64,000 nt of DNA from the human T2T-CHM13v2.0 reference genome, Homo sapiens: NCBI RefSeq assembly GCF_009914755.1, contig NC_060934.1. One strand, 5' to 3'. A program made the position numbers and the translations under genes. Shown here piece after piece: positions 42,401 to 62,770 of this stretch. How positions within the stretch are numbered: the first letter of the stretch is position 1; each line of letters opens with the position of its first letter. The notes under the pieces were generated by a model, which did not search any database, was not told the DNA's origin, and saw only the letters and a list, made by a program, of their open reading frames with translations.

Positions 42401-44949
42401 GAAAAAGAGGGACTCCTGCCTAACTCATTTTATGAGGCCAGCATCATCCTGATACCAAAACCTGGCAGAGACACAATAGGAAAAGAAAATATCAGACCAG
42501 TATCCCTGATGAACATCAAACATGAAAATTATCATTTAAATACTGGCAAACTGAATCCAGCAGCACATCAAAAGCTTATCCACCATGATCAAGTCAGCTT
42601 CATCCTTGGGATGCAAGGCTGGTTCAACATATGCAGATCAATATATGTAATCCATCACATAAACAGAACCAATGAGAAAAACCATATGATTATCTCAATA
42701 GATGCAGAAAAGGCCTTCAATAAAATTCAACACCACTTCATGCTAAAAACACTTAATAAACTAGGTATTGATGGATAATAAGAGCTATTTATGGCAAACC
42801 TACAGCCAATATCATACTGAATGGGCAAAAGCTGGAAGCATTCCCTTTGAAAACCAGTGCAAGACAACGATGCCCTTTCTCACCACTCCTATTCAACATA
42901 GTATTGGAAATTTTGGAAATTCTGGCCACGGCAATCAGGCAAGAGAAAGAAATAAAGCGTATTTGAATAGGAAGAGAGGAAGTCAAATTGTCTCTGTTTG
43001 CAGATGATATGATTATCTATTTAGAAAACCCAATTGTCTCAGTTCAAAAACTCCTTAAGCTGATAAGCAACTTCAGTAAAGTCTCAGGATACAAAATCAA
43101 TGTGCAAAAATCACAACCATTCCTATACACCAATAATAGACAAACAGAAAGCCAACTCATGAGTGAACTCCCATTCACAGTTGCTACAAAGAGAATAAAA
43201 TACCTAGGAATACAATTTAAAAGGGATGTGAAGGACCTCTTCAAGGAGAACTACAAAACATGCTCAAGGAAGTAAGAGAGGACACAAACAAATAGAAAAA
43301 TATTCCATGCTTATGTATAGGAAGAATCAGTATTGTGAAAATGGCCACACTGGCCAAAGTAATATATAAATTCAATGATATTTCCATCAAGCTACCACTG
43401 ACTTTCTTCACAGAATTAGAAATACTACTTTAAATTTCATATGGAACCAAAAAAGATCTTGTATTAGCTAAGAAAATCCTAATCAAAAAGAACAAAGCGG
43501 GAGGCATCACACTACCTAACTTCAAACTATACCACAAGGCTACAGTGGCCAAAACAGCATGGTACTGGTACCAAAACAGATGTATAGACCAATGGAACAG
43601 AACAGAGGCCTCAGAAATAATGCCACACATCTACAACCATCTGATCTTTGACAAACCTGACAAACACAAGCAATGGGGAAAGGACCCCCTATTTAATAAA
43701 TGGTGTTAGAAAAACTGGCTAGCCATACGCAGAAAACTGAAACTGGACCCCTTCCTTACATCTTATACAAAAATTAACTCAAGATGGATTAAAAACTTAA
43801 ACATAAGACCTAAAACCATAAAATCCCTAGAAGAAAACCTAGGCAATACCATTCAGGACATAGGTGTGGGCAAAGACTTCATGACTAAGACACCAAAAGC
43901 AATGGCAACAAAAGCCAAAATTGACAAATGGAATCTAATTAAACTAAAGAGCTTCTGCACAGCAAAAGAAACTATCATCAGAGTGAACAGGCAACCTACA
44001 GAATGGGAGAAAATTTTTGCAATCTATCCGTCTGACAAAGGTCTAGTATCCAGTGTCTACAATGAACTTAAACAAACTTACAAGAAAAAAACAAGCCCAT
44101 CAAACAGTGGGTGAAGCATATGAACAGACACTTCTCAAAAGAAGACATTTGTGCGGCCAAAAAACATATGAAAAAAAGCTCATCATCACTGGTCATTAGA
44201 GAAATGCAAATCAAAATTACAATGAGATACCATCTCATGCCAGTTAGAATGGCAAGCATTAAAAAGTCAGGAAACAAGATGCTGGAAAGGATGTGGAGAA
44301 ATAGAAATGATTTGCACTGCTGGTGGGAGTGTAAATTAGTTCAACCTTTGTGGAGACAGTGTGGTGATTCCTCAAGGATCTAGAACCAGAAATAGCATTT
44401 GACCCAGAAATCCCATTACTGGGTATATACCCAAAGGATTATAAATCATTCTACTATAAAGACATATGCACATATATGTTTATTACTGCACTATTTACAA
44501 TAGCAAAGACTTGGAACCAACCCAAATGCCTGTCAATGATAGACTGGGTAAAGAAAATGTGCCACATATACACAATGGAATAATATGCAGCCATAAGAAA
44601 TAATGAGTTCATGTCCTTTGCAGGGACATGGATGAAGCTGGAAACCATCATTCTCAGCAAACTAAGACAGGAACAGAAAACCAAACACCACATGTTCTCG
44701 CTCATAAGTGGGTGTTGAACAATGAGAGCACGTGGACACAGGGAGGGGAATATCAAACACCAGGGCCTGTCAGGGGGTCAGAGGCAAGGGGAGGGATAGC
44801 ATTAGGAGAAATACCTAACGCATGTGGGGCTTAAAACCTAGATGATGGGTTGATGGGTGCAGCAAACCACCATTGCACATGTATACATATGTAACAAACC
44901 TGCACGTTCTGCACATGTATCCCAGAACTTAAAGTATAATTTAAAAAAA
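39482..44949 (+). mobile_element. Near full-length L1PA (mid-age, about L1PA7-8), inactive
   Basis: Partial 5'UTR, ORF1 remnants (RHIIIRFSKVEMKEKILRAAREKG), ORF2 from 40893 (MTGSNPHIIILTLNVNRLN; [10 protein letters not shown]), 3'UTR and A tail; many stops. Confidence 0.97.
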
Positions 44950-44955
44950 CATGGC

Positions 44956-45283
<328 letters not shown>

Positions 45284-46019
45284 TTACACTCATGATAATG
45301 TCACTTCCCTCTCTCCCTTATCATAGTAGTAGAGATAAAATTGTGTTTCAGTAAAAACTGGATTCAAACCCTGTCTCAAGTCCTGAGCTTTGGGACCTAT
45401 TGAGTAATCGGTAAATGTTTGTATTCAGCTAAGCCTCTAAATCCTTGAGCAACAACAACAAGAACAACAACAACAACAACAGGTCACTCTGGCTCATGTC
45501 CCTGGCTTCTTCTGAATTCAAAAGTTTTGATGTGATAGTATACAATTCAAAAGGAGTTTTAAACATTACTCCATTAATCTTGCTCAAACAAATTTCATGC
45601 TTTTTTCCTCATTATTCTAATTTTTAGAAGTCTACTTCTGAAAGTAAAGTAAGTTTTAATTTCCCATCAACAAGTTTGAGAAATTATCATTTGGTATATT
45701 CACTATTAGTGAAATAAAGGTTTATTGAGCAAATTAATAGGGCACATTGGCTTCAAGAAAAGATTTTGAAAAATGTTTATTACGGGTTAGTAGTGCACTG
45801 TTGTCAATGGGGTAGATGGAACTCATTGGGATCACTTTTGCAAGGTTTGTTTTCAAAATACATGTCTGCAAACATTTGTGTCTTCCCACCTCAACCTTCC
45901 CTCTATCTCTAGGTACTGAGAAGCCCTTTAGGAAAATTGGAATGGATGTGAGGCATCGTCATGTGAAGAAAAGCATCTCAGAAGGTTCTGATTTTCACAC
46001 CAACTCAATCATTCCAAAC

Positions 46020-46185
46020 TTTGCTGCACTTTGAAATCACCAGGGAAATTTTTAACAATAACTCTGATACCCAAAGTCCTACCCAATGCTAATTAATTAA
46101 ATCAAAAAGTCTCATGTTGAAAATAAGGCAGTTATTAAAGCTCCTCAGTTGATTTTAATGTGCAGCAAAGTTTGAGAGACACTGC
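46020..46185. mobile_element. MER5-like MITE
   Basis: gctgcactttgaaatcacc...gattttaatgtgcagcaaagtttgaga. Confidence 0.65.
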
Positions 46186-46818
46186 TTAATTTGAATTTAG
46201 GACGAGAAACTGCTCCTATTTAGTGGGACCTTGGGCAAGTCAGTTTTAAGGTTTCTTTCCCTAATCTGTAAAATGAGTTTTGGATTAAATGTCATATAAG
46301 GTCATTGGTCCTTTCCAGCATGTAACTTCAAATTCTGTGATTTTAAAATGATTTTAGAGATGAAAACTATTTGAAGCACTATAGACATATTCATCTTAAA
46401 TGCTAATGTTACAGGCTTTTTAAAAAGTGTTAATATTGTATAGACCTATTATTAAAATTCAGATTTGCCTTCCCTCAGTTATTCTGAGCCTCATTCTAGA
46501 TGCTGAGGGCAAATGGAAGCACATAACTTATGCAAGAGAACCTCTTGTTTTGTGATATGCAGCATCTGTGAGTAACTTAGGAATACAGTTACATATATCT
46601 GAAGAGGTGTATCTGTTCATAAATATTTCAGTTAAACTAGTTGAAGGTACCTGCCGTTCACATTATACTGTGTCGTGTTACACTGCCTTGTTAGCACAGC
46701 TTATTTTAGGATCACTGCACCTATCATTGATTTCCTGTGTGCTTATGTTTACTAATATATTTTTTAATAATTATGCAAAAGTGATTTCAAATAATTTTGT
46801 TATAAAGCACTTTCATTA

Positions 46819-47319
<501 letters not shown>

Positions 47320-47568
47320 TTATTTATATATTATAATCATCAACAGAAACATGTCTTCTAAAAGCATACTGCCTTGAATTTTGGTTCTCATATTTTTGCG
47401 AAAAGCTAAGAAACAAAAACAAGAAAGTGCCCTTATGGTACTGTTCTGAACTATAAGATTTGAATTTCAGAGCCGCTAGGAGTGTTTCCTCTGCCCCCCT
47501 TTTAAAAAATGTCTTCAAGCCTAACAAATGATAACATTTATTGTTATGAATTTTTTTCCCTTCCACAG

Positions 47569-47604
47569 TGTGACCTTGGTGATATATTAACATATCAAGC
47601 AAAG
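47569..47604 (+). pseudogene. CCNYL exon 5 (36 nt) with TAA at 47588-47590
   Basis: ttttcccttccacag|T GTG ACC TTG GTG ATA TAT TAA CAT ATC AAG CAA AG|gtgagc. Confidence 0.9.
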
Positions 47605-47879
47605 GTGAGCTTTTCTAAAACCTGTCTTGTTATTCTGGCTAATTACTTTGCATGATATCAAGCTGAGCGTTAGGTCACAGCTCTAGACATCATAAGCTGT
47701 ATTGTGCCTACTAAAATATCAAAGCAAACTATTTGTGTTTTCTTTGGTCCTTGAGACTTTATAAATTCTTAAATGATTGAGTATCCCAATGAGTATGATT
47801 TTATATTGATTATATTTATATTTACTGTGATAGAAATATAAAATTGATATTTTTTCAAAATCTATTTTTAGTTTAGATT

Positions 47880-48040
47880 TCACAGACTTAACACTATTGC
47901 TATCATGAGCTAGATAATGCTCTGTGAGGACTGTCCTGTGCATTACAAAAAGTTTAGCAACATTGATGGCCTCTACCAACTAGATGTCAGTAGTAACCCA
48001 TGACCCAGGTTGTGGCAATAGAAAATATTCCTTGAGAACA
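47880..48040 (+). mobile_element. MER20-like DNA transposon
   Basis: ctgtcctgtgcatt...tttagcaacat..tggcctctacc.actagatg.cagtag. Confidence 0.75.
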
Positions 48041-48699
48041 ATATTGTTAACATAAATTTTTAGATGAAAATATAACTTTTCTATGATAAAACGTTTAGTA
48101 TAAAGTGTGTCATGTATTTACATTATTGAAAATCTGTAGTGTTGAGCTTAATAGAAGGCAGCTGGATTCTCTCTTTCTTTGCAATTTGCTTTAAAGAAGC
48201 AATAAGATGACCTAGCCTCATGCAAATATATAGTTGGTAAAAGGTGTATTTTTAAAGCTTTAAGACAGTTTGGGTATTCTTTAATACTAAATCAAAACTT
48301 TACAAGTGCTTGTTTCTTAAATTAGTTATAGTGGCATTTTACATAGTAGCAAATGTATTCCATCAGTACTCACTGATCTTTCTTGCACAATAAATTGTTC
48401 TTTCCCCACATACTTGCATTTATAATATTATGCATTAGTTATTTAGAAAATATTGGTTTATGTTTTATTGTGTCAGAAATCACTTTTTTAAATTTAACCA
48501 CCAATCTTATTTTAAAACATCTTTAAGTATTGAGAAGCTGTCAAGCTTACAGTAGAAGGAACAAGTTTTTCAAAGTCCTCAGGAAAGCTCAACTTTTGTC
48601 TTTGGAAACAAATACTTATTTTCCTTGTGACACATTTTGTGACACATTTCCTTGTGAACGAGTGACAGCTTCATTTATTTTTGAGAATGATAGTTGCAC

Positions 48700-48973
48700 C
48701 TTTTTTTAAGACTGAGTTTCACTCTGTCACTTGGCTAGAGTCCATTGGCATGATCTCAGCTCAAGCAATCCTCTCACCTCAGGTTCCTGAGTAGCTGGGA
48801 CCACAGATGTATGTCAGCATGCCTGGATAATTTTTTTTGTATTTTTGGTAGAGACAGGGTTTCGTCATGTTGCCCAGGCTGGTCTCAAACTCCTAAAGGA
48901 GCTCAAGTGATCTGTCTGTTTTGGCTTCCCAAAGTGCTGGGATTTTACAGGAGTGAGCCATTGCGCTGGCCGG
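48700..48973 (-). mobile_element. Alu (AluJ-like)
   Basis: Antisense diverged Alu. Confidence 0.9.
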
Positions 48974-49460
48974 TTGTACTTTTAAATGAAATTGATGTTT
49001 CTCTTTAGTTATCTGCAGTATATTCTCATGATATATTTATTATTTTCAGTAGTTTAAGGGAAGCTAGCAAATCTGAATCACATTTAAATTTGTTAAAGTT
49101 CTAAGGAGAGTATTGTCCACCACTACTACTTTGTAAAACATTTCTGTGTTTCAGTGTGTGGTTAGAGGAGTGACAATGTGTTTGGTTTATTGCCATTGCC
49201 TGTTAGGGAGGGTCAATACTCACAGGCATTTCTGACTGGTTATGGTATAAAAGACTGCACAGTACAGGACATGCTATGCTGAGGAAGAAGAGGTCAGGAA
49301 ACCCTCTGCAAGTCAGTATCAAGGAGAATTTGTAAAAACTGTTTGCTTTGGTGAAGTAAACACCAAAGCACATAGGCACACAGGAGGCATTATTTTACTA
49401 AATGGATATTATACTAAGATATTAACAGTTTTTGAAGTAATACACATTCTTATTTTATAG

Positions 49461-49512
49461 AGATGCAGATAGATCTTTGGGCATATTTGATGAACGGTTA
49501 CACCCATTTACA
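49461..49512 (+). pseudogene. CCNYL exon 6 (52 nt)
   Basis: ttcttattttatag|A GAT GCA GAT AGA TCT TTG GGC ATA TTT GAT GAA CGG TTA CAC CCA TTT ACA|gtaagt. Confidence 0.92.
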
Positions 49513-49525
49513 GTAAGTGTCACTT

Positions 49526-49809
<284 letters not shown>

Positions 49810-49831
49810 CAGTAAGTGTCACTTTTATTGA

Positions 49832-50150
<319 letters not shown>

Positions 50151-50472
50151 TGAGTTTGTATTTTCATCATAGATTTGTATCTGTTTCATGCCTGCAGTCA
50201 AAGGCATCTTTCTTTAAGTCTTGTTCCTCATTTCATGTGGCATCTAGTCATCTTATTTTAAAAGTGTTGTAAAAAGTACATGCTGGAATAAGAACTGATC
50301 TGCAGGTATGTTTAATTAGTGAGATAATATGAGCAAATACACTATCCAAATAACAGAAAACATATCTTTTTAAAAGATAATTGTCAGTAGTATCAAGCTA
50401 TATAAGTATATGTAAATACTTTTAACACAGAAGCATGATTTTTATGAAGAGGGTTAAAAATAATTTAAGTTC

Positions 50473-50788
<316 letters not shown>

Positions 50789-51252
50789 TCAACTTACATG
50801 GTGTAAAAACTTAAAAATGTATTTTCTCAGGTGCATAATAGCCACATGTGACTAGTGACTGTTGTATTTATCAGCACAGGCTTAGAGCCTCATGGTTACA
50901 GGAAACTATATTTTTTCAAAGTTTATTGCAGAGAAGAATGACATACGGTCAGTAAGACATTAAAGCCTAGTAATAGCTTACATTTGGATGGAATTATGTG
51001 GGGGAAAGGGTAAAAAAGAACACAAACATTTTCTGAGCTTAAGCTCAATTATTTTTAAGTGAATGTTGATGAGTATGAAATCATTATGGTATTTCAGGAT
51101 TCTACTGTTCATATTGTAAAAACTAAAAGACATCTCACCAATCAAAATTATCGTTAAGTGACACATGGGCACAAATGTGAACACTTCTGTCTTAAGAACA
51201 CCTCAGGTTTTTTCTTCAATGGATACTTACATTACATCCTTTCTTCTTTCAG

Positions 51253-51372
51253 TGAGAAGACGTTTTGGAGGAATATTTTAAATATGATCCTTAACACAAA
51301 TTGGTTTTCAGTTTTGTTTGTATTCTGTTTAAAGCCATAAGGCTAACAGCTGAATTTGCAATTGTAAGTTTG
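51253..51372 (+). pseudogene. CCNYL exon 7 (120 nt) with stops at 51253-51255 (TGA) and 51292-51294 (TAA)
   Basis: ttttcttctttcag|TGA GAA GAC GTT...GCA ATT GTA AGT TTG|gtaaga; LTAEFAIVSL is the start of the cyclin box. Confidence 0.92.
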
Positions 51373-52463
51373 GTAAGATATTTTCTATTTCTAAAGCAGC
51401 TTTAGAAATTCTTCTTGTAAACAGGGTGGTGTGGTCCTGTTTTTAAATAACAGTAGGTTTCTGAAATTATCTCAGAATTTCGAGAGGAACTTATGAAAGC
51501 AAATACACACATTTTAGTTGAATCATCATTATGGCTTAAAATCTCACAATTGCTTTTCTCATCACAGAGCAATTGCTATTAAAGGCAGCAGGAGGGATTT
51601 CTGATTTCTCCCCCAACACTTCAATAAACACATGCACACACAGTGCACACACATCCAGGGCTTGTGGAGGGTTTGGAATGGGGAGCAGTAACAAAACCAT
51701 CTGGCCGACGGGCAGGAAGGGATGCTGGTGTAGGTCTAAGCTGAGTCCCAGGCTGTATCCCCAGGCAATTCTGATGCATGTTGTCATTGACAGCTGCTGC
51801 CCTCAAGTCTTTGTTCCTTGGATGATGTGGGTTAATATATCCCTGCTGATCACCTGTGCCTTCTCATGAAGTTGCCCAGGAATGTGGTTCCAGTTGGTCT
51901 ACCAAACCATAGCTGTGTCATTACATTTACATTATCCCTACAGAATTCCTTTTGTAAAACTATAATTTTAAATAATAGATTCTGTTCAAATTATTAAAAA
52001 TAGTCTTACTCCTCCCCACAACAGACCTATGGAGGAAAGTCAACTTCATGGCCAGGAATGAAAAAATACTTATGTGAATACTTCTTTAGCAACCAGCTAG
52101 AGTCTAGAGGAGAAGGCTCCTGCTGTGCACTTGGAATGAAAGCCCTGAAAGGGCGCTGGACCAGATACAGGCCTTCTCGAGGAGCTGCAAGTCATTTGGA
52201 ACTCTTAGCACGTGCTAGAGGGAAGCAGGAGTGGTGCTTCCAGATGTAGAGAGATAGGTGATGCAGGAGGGAAAGCTGGATTGGAAAAGGGAGAGTTTTG
52301 TACATGGGCTAAGCTTGATGTGCCTTTGAGAGAGCAGAGTAGCAGAGTGTAGTCATCATTTGGATATACAGGACTAGAGCATGAATCTGACATAGAGCTA
52401 CAGAATGAAGAGCAACAGAAGCTGTTTAAATACCAAGAAAGTGTGTAGAATGAAATTGGACAA

Positions 52464-53200
<737 letters not shown>

Positions 53201-54898
53201 ATAAAATGGACAGAAAATAGTTTGGTAAGGACTATTATCATTTGAGGGACAAGCCCCCAGTGGAGTAGCCACTAGAGTGGGAAGAGGAAAAGCAGAAAAG
53301 GATAATAAAAGGAGAAAGAGTTCAAGATAGGAGAAGCTGTGGTCACAGTGCTGAATGCTGCCAAGCAGTGACTTGATTCATGAACACTCACTGGATGCTG
53401 ACCCTGTGCCGCTCTTCTAAGTGCTGGGGTAGAGGAGAGGACAGGTGGATCACAGTTCTTGCTTTTATGAGCTTATGTTCTAGGAAGATGGAACTTAAGT
53501 ATTTTCTCAGGTAGTATGAAACAGCAGGAAGAGGAAGCAGGATAAAGGGATACAGAGTGATTGGGGGCTATTTTAGGTAAAATGATAAGGAAGAGCCTCT
53601 CTAGAGAGCTGACATTTGAACAGTGACCTGACTGAAGGAACAACGGACAAGAGTGCTGACATTACAGGCAGCAGGATGACTGTAAAGACAGACAGAAATG
53701 CATTTCTTATGTGTTTGAGGAACAAACAGCAAGGTGACCAGCATGGTCAGAGTGAAGAATGAGGGAAACAGTGGAGATGAGGCCCCTCAGGCAGTACCAT
53801 AGCTCACAGGGCCTTTTGGCTTGTAGGCCATAGGAAGAAGTTAAGGTTTTACTCCAGTTTGATGGGAAGCTCATGGTAGATCTTGAGCAGGGCAGTGCCA
53901 TGCTCTAAATGAAGAGGTTATGCTGGCTGCTTTGGGGACACTAAGCCATAATTGGGAGGCAGAGTGAAGGCAGTGAAGAGGGTTAAGAAGCACCTAGGGT
54001 AATACAGGTGAGCAGTGACAGACTGTGGGTCATCATCAAACCATGCAGACCACCAGTGAAGGTAGACGTAAGAGGCATTGCACACAGATTGGAGCAGGGG
54101 AACTGAAATGCAGGTATTTGCCCCAGCACCTAGGCAAATGGCACATGTGTGGCCTTTGAAATAATTATTTGGCCAGTGACAGGTCTAGGGCCTCTGGACT
54201 GTGAAAAATGTGTAGTTTCACCCTGAGTTACACATTGTGAATTTGCCTTTGCTGGTGTTCCCCCTGCTTTTATCTGAAGTTCTGTTTTATAGAAACCTTG
54301 AGATACAGAATAGCCACAGATCCCTGTGCCCCATCCCATCCCCAATAGGAGTGTTGCATGTGTTTAGAAATTGGGCTGATGAGTTAGAAGTTCCAGTGTT
54401 CCCCTCAGGCAGTCTGAGAAACATTGCTGGAGCATCACCCAGTGCTCACCACACTCAAGAGGTTCCCGGGGCACTCATACAACCACAGCAGCACTTTGGG
54501 GGCCCCGAGTTACCTGTGAGAGTGTAAGAAATCTTGCTGAGTCATGGGGTTGCTCACAGATGGCACCAACATGATGCTGAAACAGAAGCTTCATGGGGTC
54601 TTTCTTCCAGTCTAGCCTCATGACTGCTTTAAAGGGAAGGGCCTTGGAGCTGGTAGGTAGAGAGAGCCAGGGAGGCATTTTGAGCAGAGGCTCTCACAGT
54701 GTCCACTAGAGATTGAGAATGGCTTTGTGGGTGACACTTAGGGAAACCTGAAGGAACACCTCTTGATGACATTGAGCACCGTATGAAGATCAAGATCATG
54801 ACAGGCAGTGGCAAGAGGTTTCGGGTTTTTGTTTTTCTTTTTTTTTTTTTTTTTTTTTACATTTGCCTGTTTCTCCAGTTAAGACTGTCTTTCAGAAT

Positions 54899-59028
<4,130 letters not shown>

Positions 59029-59727
59029 AAGACTTTCATTCAGAATTACTACATTGTATATTTACAAGTGAATTGAGGATTCTTGTGACTAAGAAGAGAC
59101 TCACTAGTGATGGTCAGTTGGTTTTGAAATGGCTGCTAAATTACTGCTTTGCTAATAGTAGAAACTGAGTTGTCACGGTGATATTGCTAGTAGCCATTTT
59201 AGCAAAGGATGTAACAGAAAACGAATTTGAAAAAAATAGAAGTACTTTGAAAGTTGCAGAAGCTAAAGTGCTCTTAATCACTACTGTAATCAGTCTGTAC
59301 ACTGGTTTCTTGAAGGGAGCAAAATTTGTAATTATGAACACTTAGCTCTGCTATAAGGCAGCTAAATTGTTTTCAAAACCTTCAGCTAATCCAGTGGGGC
59401 TCTAGTTCTAGTTACAAGGTCAGAGAATATCCAGAGAAATGTGCAGGTTTCCACAGATGTGAGCTCCAGAAGCAGTGGTGGCAGAAGCCAGCTCCAGTTC
59501 TACACAATGCTGTTTGTGAATGCAGAAGCACCCAGATCTATGCTCTGAGCAGAAACTGTAAAACGTTGCAACAAAGTGTGTAATGTACATTTATCTTGTC
59601 CCTCTGCTGTTGATTGTAATGATCTCTTTTGGACTGTGAATTGAACCATTTAAAAATTAGTGTTTATCAGATTTTTCTTAAAACTTTTCAACATCTGTTT
59701 GTCTTGTTAGAATACATTTTCCTTCAG

Positions 59728-60225
59728 AAACGTCACTAATTTTCAGGGAAATGAAAATAAAAACCACAGTGTGATACCACCTTACTCCTGCAAGAATGGC
59801 CATAATTTAAAAATTGAAAAAATCATACATGTTGGTATGGACTTGGTGAAAAGGGAACACTGACACTGCTGATAGGAATGTAAACTAGTACAACCACTAT
59901 GGAAAACAGTACTGCCATTCAATCCAGCAATCTCACACTGGGTATCTACCCAAAGCAAAAGTCATATGAAAAAGACACATGCACATGCGTGTTGGTAGCA
60001 GCACAATTTGCAATTGCAAAAATGTGGAATGTCCATCAATGAATGGGTAAATAAAGTGTGGAATATATACACCATGGAATACTGCTGAGCCATAAAACAG
60101 AATAAAATGATGGCCTTTGCAGCAACTTGAATGGAGCTGGATGCCATTATTCTAAGTGAAGTAACTCAGGAATGGAAAACCAAATATCACGTGTTCTCAC
60201 TTACGGGTGGGAGCTAAGCTAGGAG
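59728..60225 (+). mobile_element. L1PB-like 3' fragment
   Basis: Typical late-ORF2/3'UTR sequence (gataccaccttactcctgcaagaatggcc...ctaagtgaagtaactcaggaatgg). Confidence 0.85.
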
Positions 60226-60856
60226 GATTTTATATGTATTTATACACATACACACACACATACACACACATACATATAAGTTAAACTGAGCAGCTCCTAT
60301 TCAGAAAATGTGCTGTGCCTATAAAGGGTATGCTATTCAGCCATTTAAAAAACAACAAAAAACTAAGAAGATACATATCCTGTAAGGCATAATGGCTTTC
60401 TTCAATAACTAAGCCTCTATTAATAAACATGTTAATTATATAAAATACTGTATTTTACACATTTAAAATATGTTTACGGAAAAACATGAGATTATGAGGT
60501 ACATATATTTCTATAGTAAATTAAGTCCTGATTAGCTGATTATTAAAGCATTATATGATTTACATTCCTATAGTCTTATGGTTATATGAATAGGAAAGTA
60601 ATATTAGAAGTAGTTTCAGTGGGGTTTTCAGTTAAACAAATGAGAAAACCACATATCTGCTTATATCCTAACTGCTTTCCATACCAGAGAATATCAAGCA
60701 TTTGTTGACTTAGCTAATGGATAAAACTTTAAAACCAAGAAACCAAATATGTTGTTGAGGTATTAATTGTTTTTATAAAGTTAAGTCTTTACAGGGATTA
60801 CTATGAAAGTGGTAAGATTACTCTAGTTCTATATTTATTTAAACATTTGACAAAGT

Positions 60857-61110
60857 GCTGGACACAGTGGCTCATGTCTGTAATACCAGCAATTTGGGAG
60901 GCCAAGGTGGGAGTATCACTTGATCACAGGAGTTTAACACCAGCCTGGGCAACAGGTGAGACCCTGTCTCTACAAAAAGAATTTTAAAAAAATAGCCCAG
61001 CATGAACCTGTAGTCCCAGTTACTTGAAAGGCTAGGATCATGCCACTGCACTTCAGTCTGAGTGACAGAGAAAGACCCTATCTCAAAACAAACAAACAAA
61101 CAAACAAAAA
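60857..61110 (+). mobile_element. AluJ-like with deletion
   Basis: Diverged sense Alu with (AAAC)n tail. Confidence 0.85.
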
Positions 61111-61924
61111 TCTTTGGCCAGGACAGCTGGATAATCACGTGGCAGAGGGCTGCTCCCAGCTTGTTCCCCTCTCAGTACATTCAACTCATCCCCACATTCT
61201 GTTCTGGCCAGGGGTGACAGATGCTGAGCACCTTGGGGTTTCATTTCCAACTCAGGAGAAACACTGTGTAAGGCCAGCATCCTAGCAAAAGGCATGTCAT
61301 AAAAGGGGTTTAATCTAGCCAAGGTGTTTCTCTTTGATCTTTCTACCATCTGAAGTGTAAAGAGTATTCCTGCACCGTAATAGTGACAGATAATAAATGG
61401 CATCCATCATTTCTGTCATCTGATCACTATTGTGATGCCTTGGGAGTGAGCATGGAGTCTGAGTTGTGCAATAGAACCCTCAAGAATGAGCCCTGAGTCA
61501 GCTGCACGAGGGCAGAGAAGGGTGTCGCCTTTCTCCTCAACCCAAACTTGGGGTGCTAGATGCAGAATGGACTGCAAGCAGCTGTGCCCTCTTTGGACAT
61601 TAGTGTAGGAATCCACCCGCATAGCCTGTATTTGTTTCAAAAAAGAATTTGGAGCTATCCTAATAGCTCAGTGTGATATTTTTAAATAAACAGAAAAAAA
61701 TTTTATTAACTGACTTAACAAAAAACACTGCCTATTAAATTCATTTAATATTGTTTAAGGAGTATCTACAAAATTCTGACTTCAATGTTTTCTTACAAAA
61801 GAAGTGGAAGTAAGGACAGAGACCCTTTCAAATGAAGAATCACTGAGAAACAAAATATTTATAAGTAGTATAACATTTACTTATGCACATTTTTAAAGAT
61901 TATGCCATAATCAGTTTGCATCAG

Positions 61925-62548
61925 GCTCTCCAGTTTCACAACACTGAGAGGGTTTCCCTGTAGGAGAAATTTTCATATAAATGTTGAAGAAATTGTTAAA
62001 ACTGAAAACTTTTCTGTATTTGGTAATCTACTGGGGTTCCAATCCAGTATGCTTTCTTATATTTAGAAGGTCTTTCTACAGTGTGTTATCATGGATCTTG
62101 GAGCAAATATCATGTAAATGAAGGCATTTCCACATTCTATACATTCATAGGTTTTATTTCAGAAATGAGTTCTTATCTTCATGTGGAACTGGAACAACTG
62201 AAGACCTTACCACGGATGTTTGTATTTATAAGGGTTTTCTCCATTGAATCCTTTCATATTTTCAAAGAAATGAAAAAGCTGAAGGCTTTACTGTGTTTCT
62301 TAAGATTATGTCAATTTTCTCCATATTAAATTCGAATATGTCTTTGAAAGCACGTGGGAAAATCAAGTTTATTAACACAGTTTTTACATTCATGTTGTTT
62401 TTGTTTTTCTAAGTTTTCAAAGAGAACTGGGAAAGTTGCATGCTTTCTTGTATTTCTTAGATCGATAGGGTTCTGTACAGTGTGAGTTCTTTCATGTGTT
62501 CTAATAAAGTAGAGCACATGATGCCTTTGCCACATTTTTTACATGAGA
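61925..62548 (-). pseudogene. Degenerate C2H2 (Kruppel-type) zinc-finger array relic
   Basis: - strand fragments CKKCGKG, THERTHTVQNP, HECKNCVNKLDFPTCFQRHIRI, GENPYKYK..GKVFS, KTYECIECGNAFI, TGKPSQC; many stops and frameshifts. Confidence 0.82.
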
Positions 62549-62607
62549 ATAATGTTTTTGAACTAACATTGTCCTGTGTTGGTTTTGTTGTGTTTCTCCT
62601 TCCCCAG

Positions 62608-62770
62608 GAATGAGTTGGAAAGGGAATTCTTGAAGCTAATTAATTACAATATCAGCGTTACTGGCAGTGTTTATAGCAGATTCTACTTCAATCTTCGAAC
62701 CATGGCACATGACAACAGCCTGTATTCGCTAGTTTATCTTCTTGACAGAGAAAGAGCATGGAAGCTGGAG
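62608..62770 (+). pseudogene. CCNYL exon 9 (163 nt), open frame
   Basis: Branch-like ctaac at about 62563; tttctccttccccag|G AAT GAG TTG GAA AGG...AAG CTG GAG|gtaagg. Confidence 0.93.

Noticed and set aside
40450-44834. L1 ORF1/ORF2 pieces as an active retroelement
   Set aside because: Multiple stops, frameshifts and small indels, and a truncated 5'UTR; not retrotransposition competent.
51530-51940. Possible - strand processed pseudogene fragment
   Set aside because: Looks mRNA-like, but no frame gave a protein I recognise and no poly-A or TSD was found.
54825-54880. Poly-T tract plus ttctccag as the exon 8 acceptor or a retrocopy tail
   Set aside because: The following sequence, even with the L1 removed, does not encode exon 8 residues, and there is no nearby polyadenylation signal.
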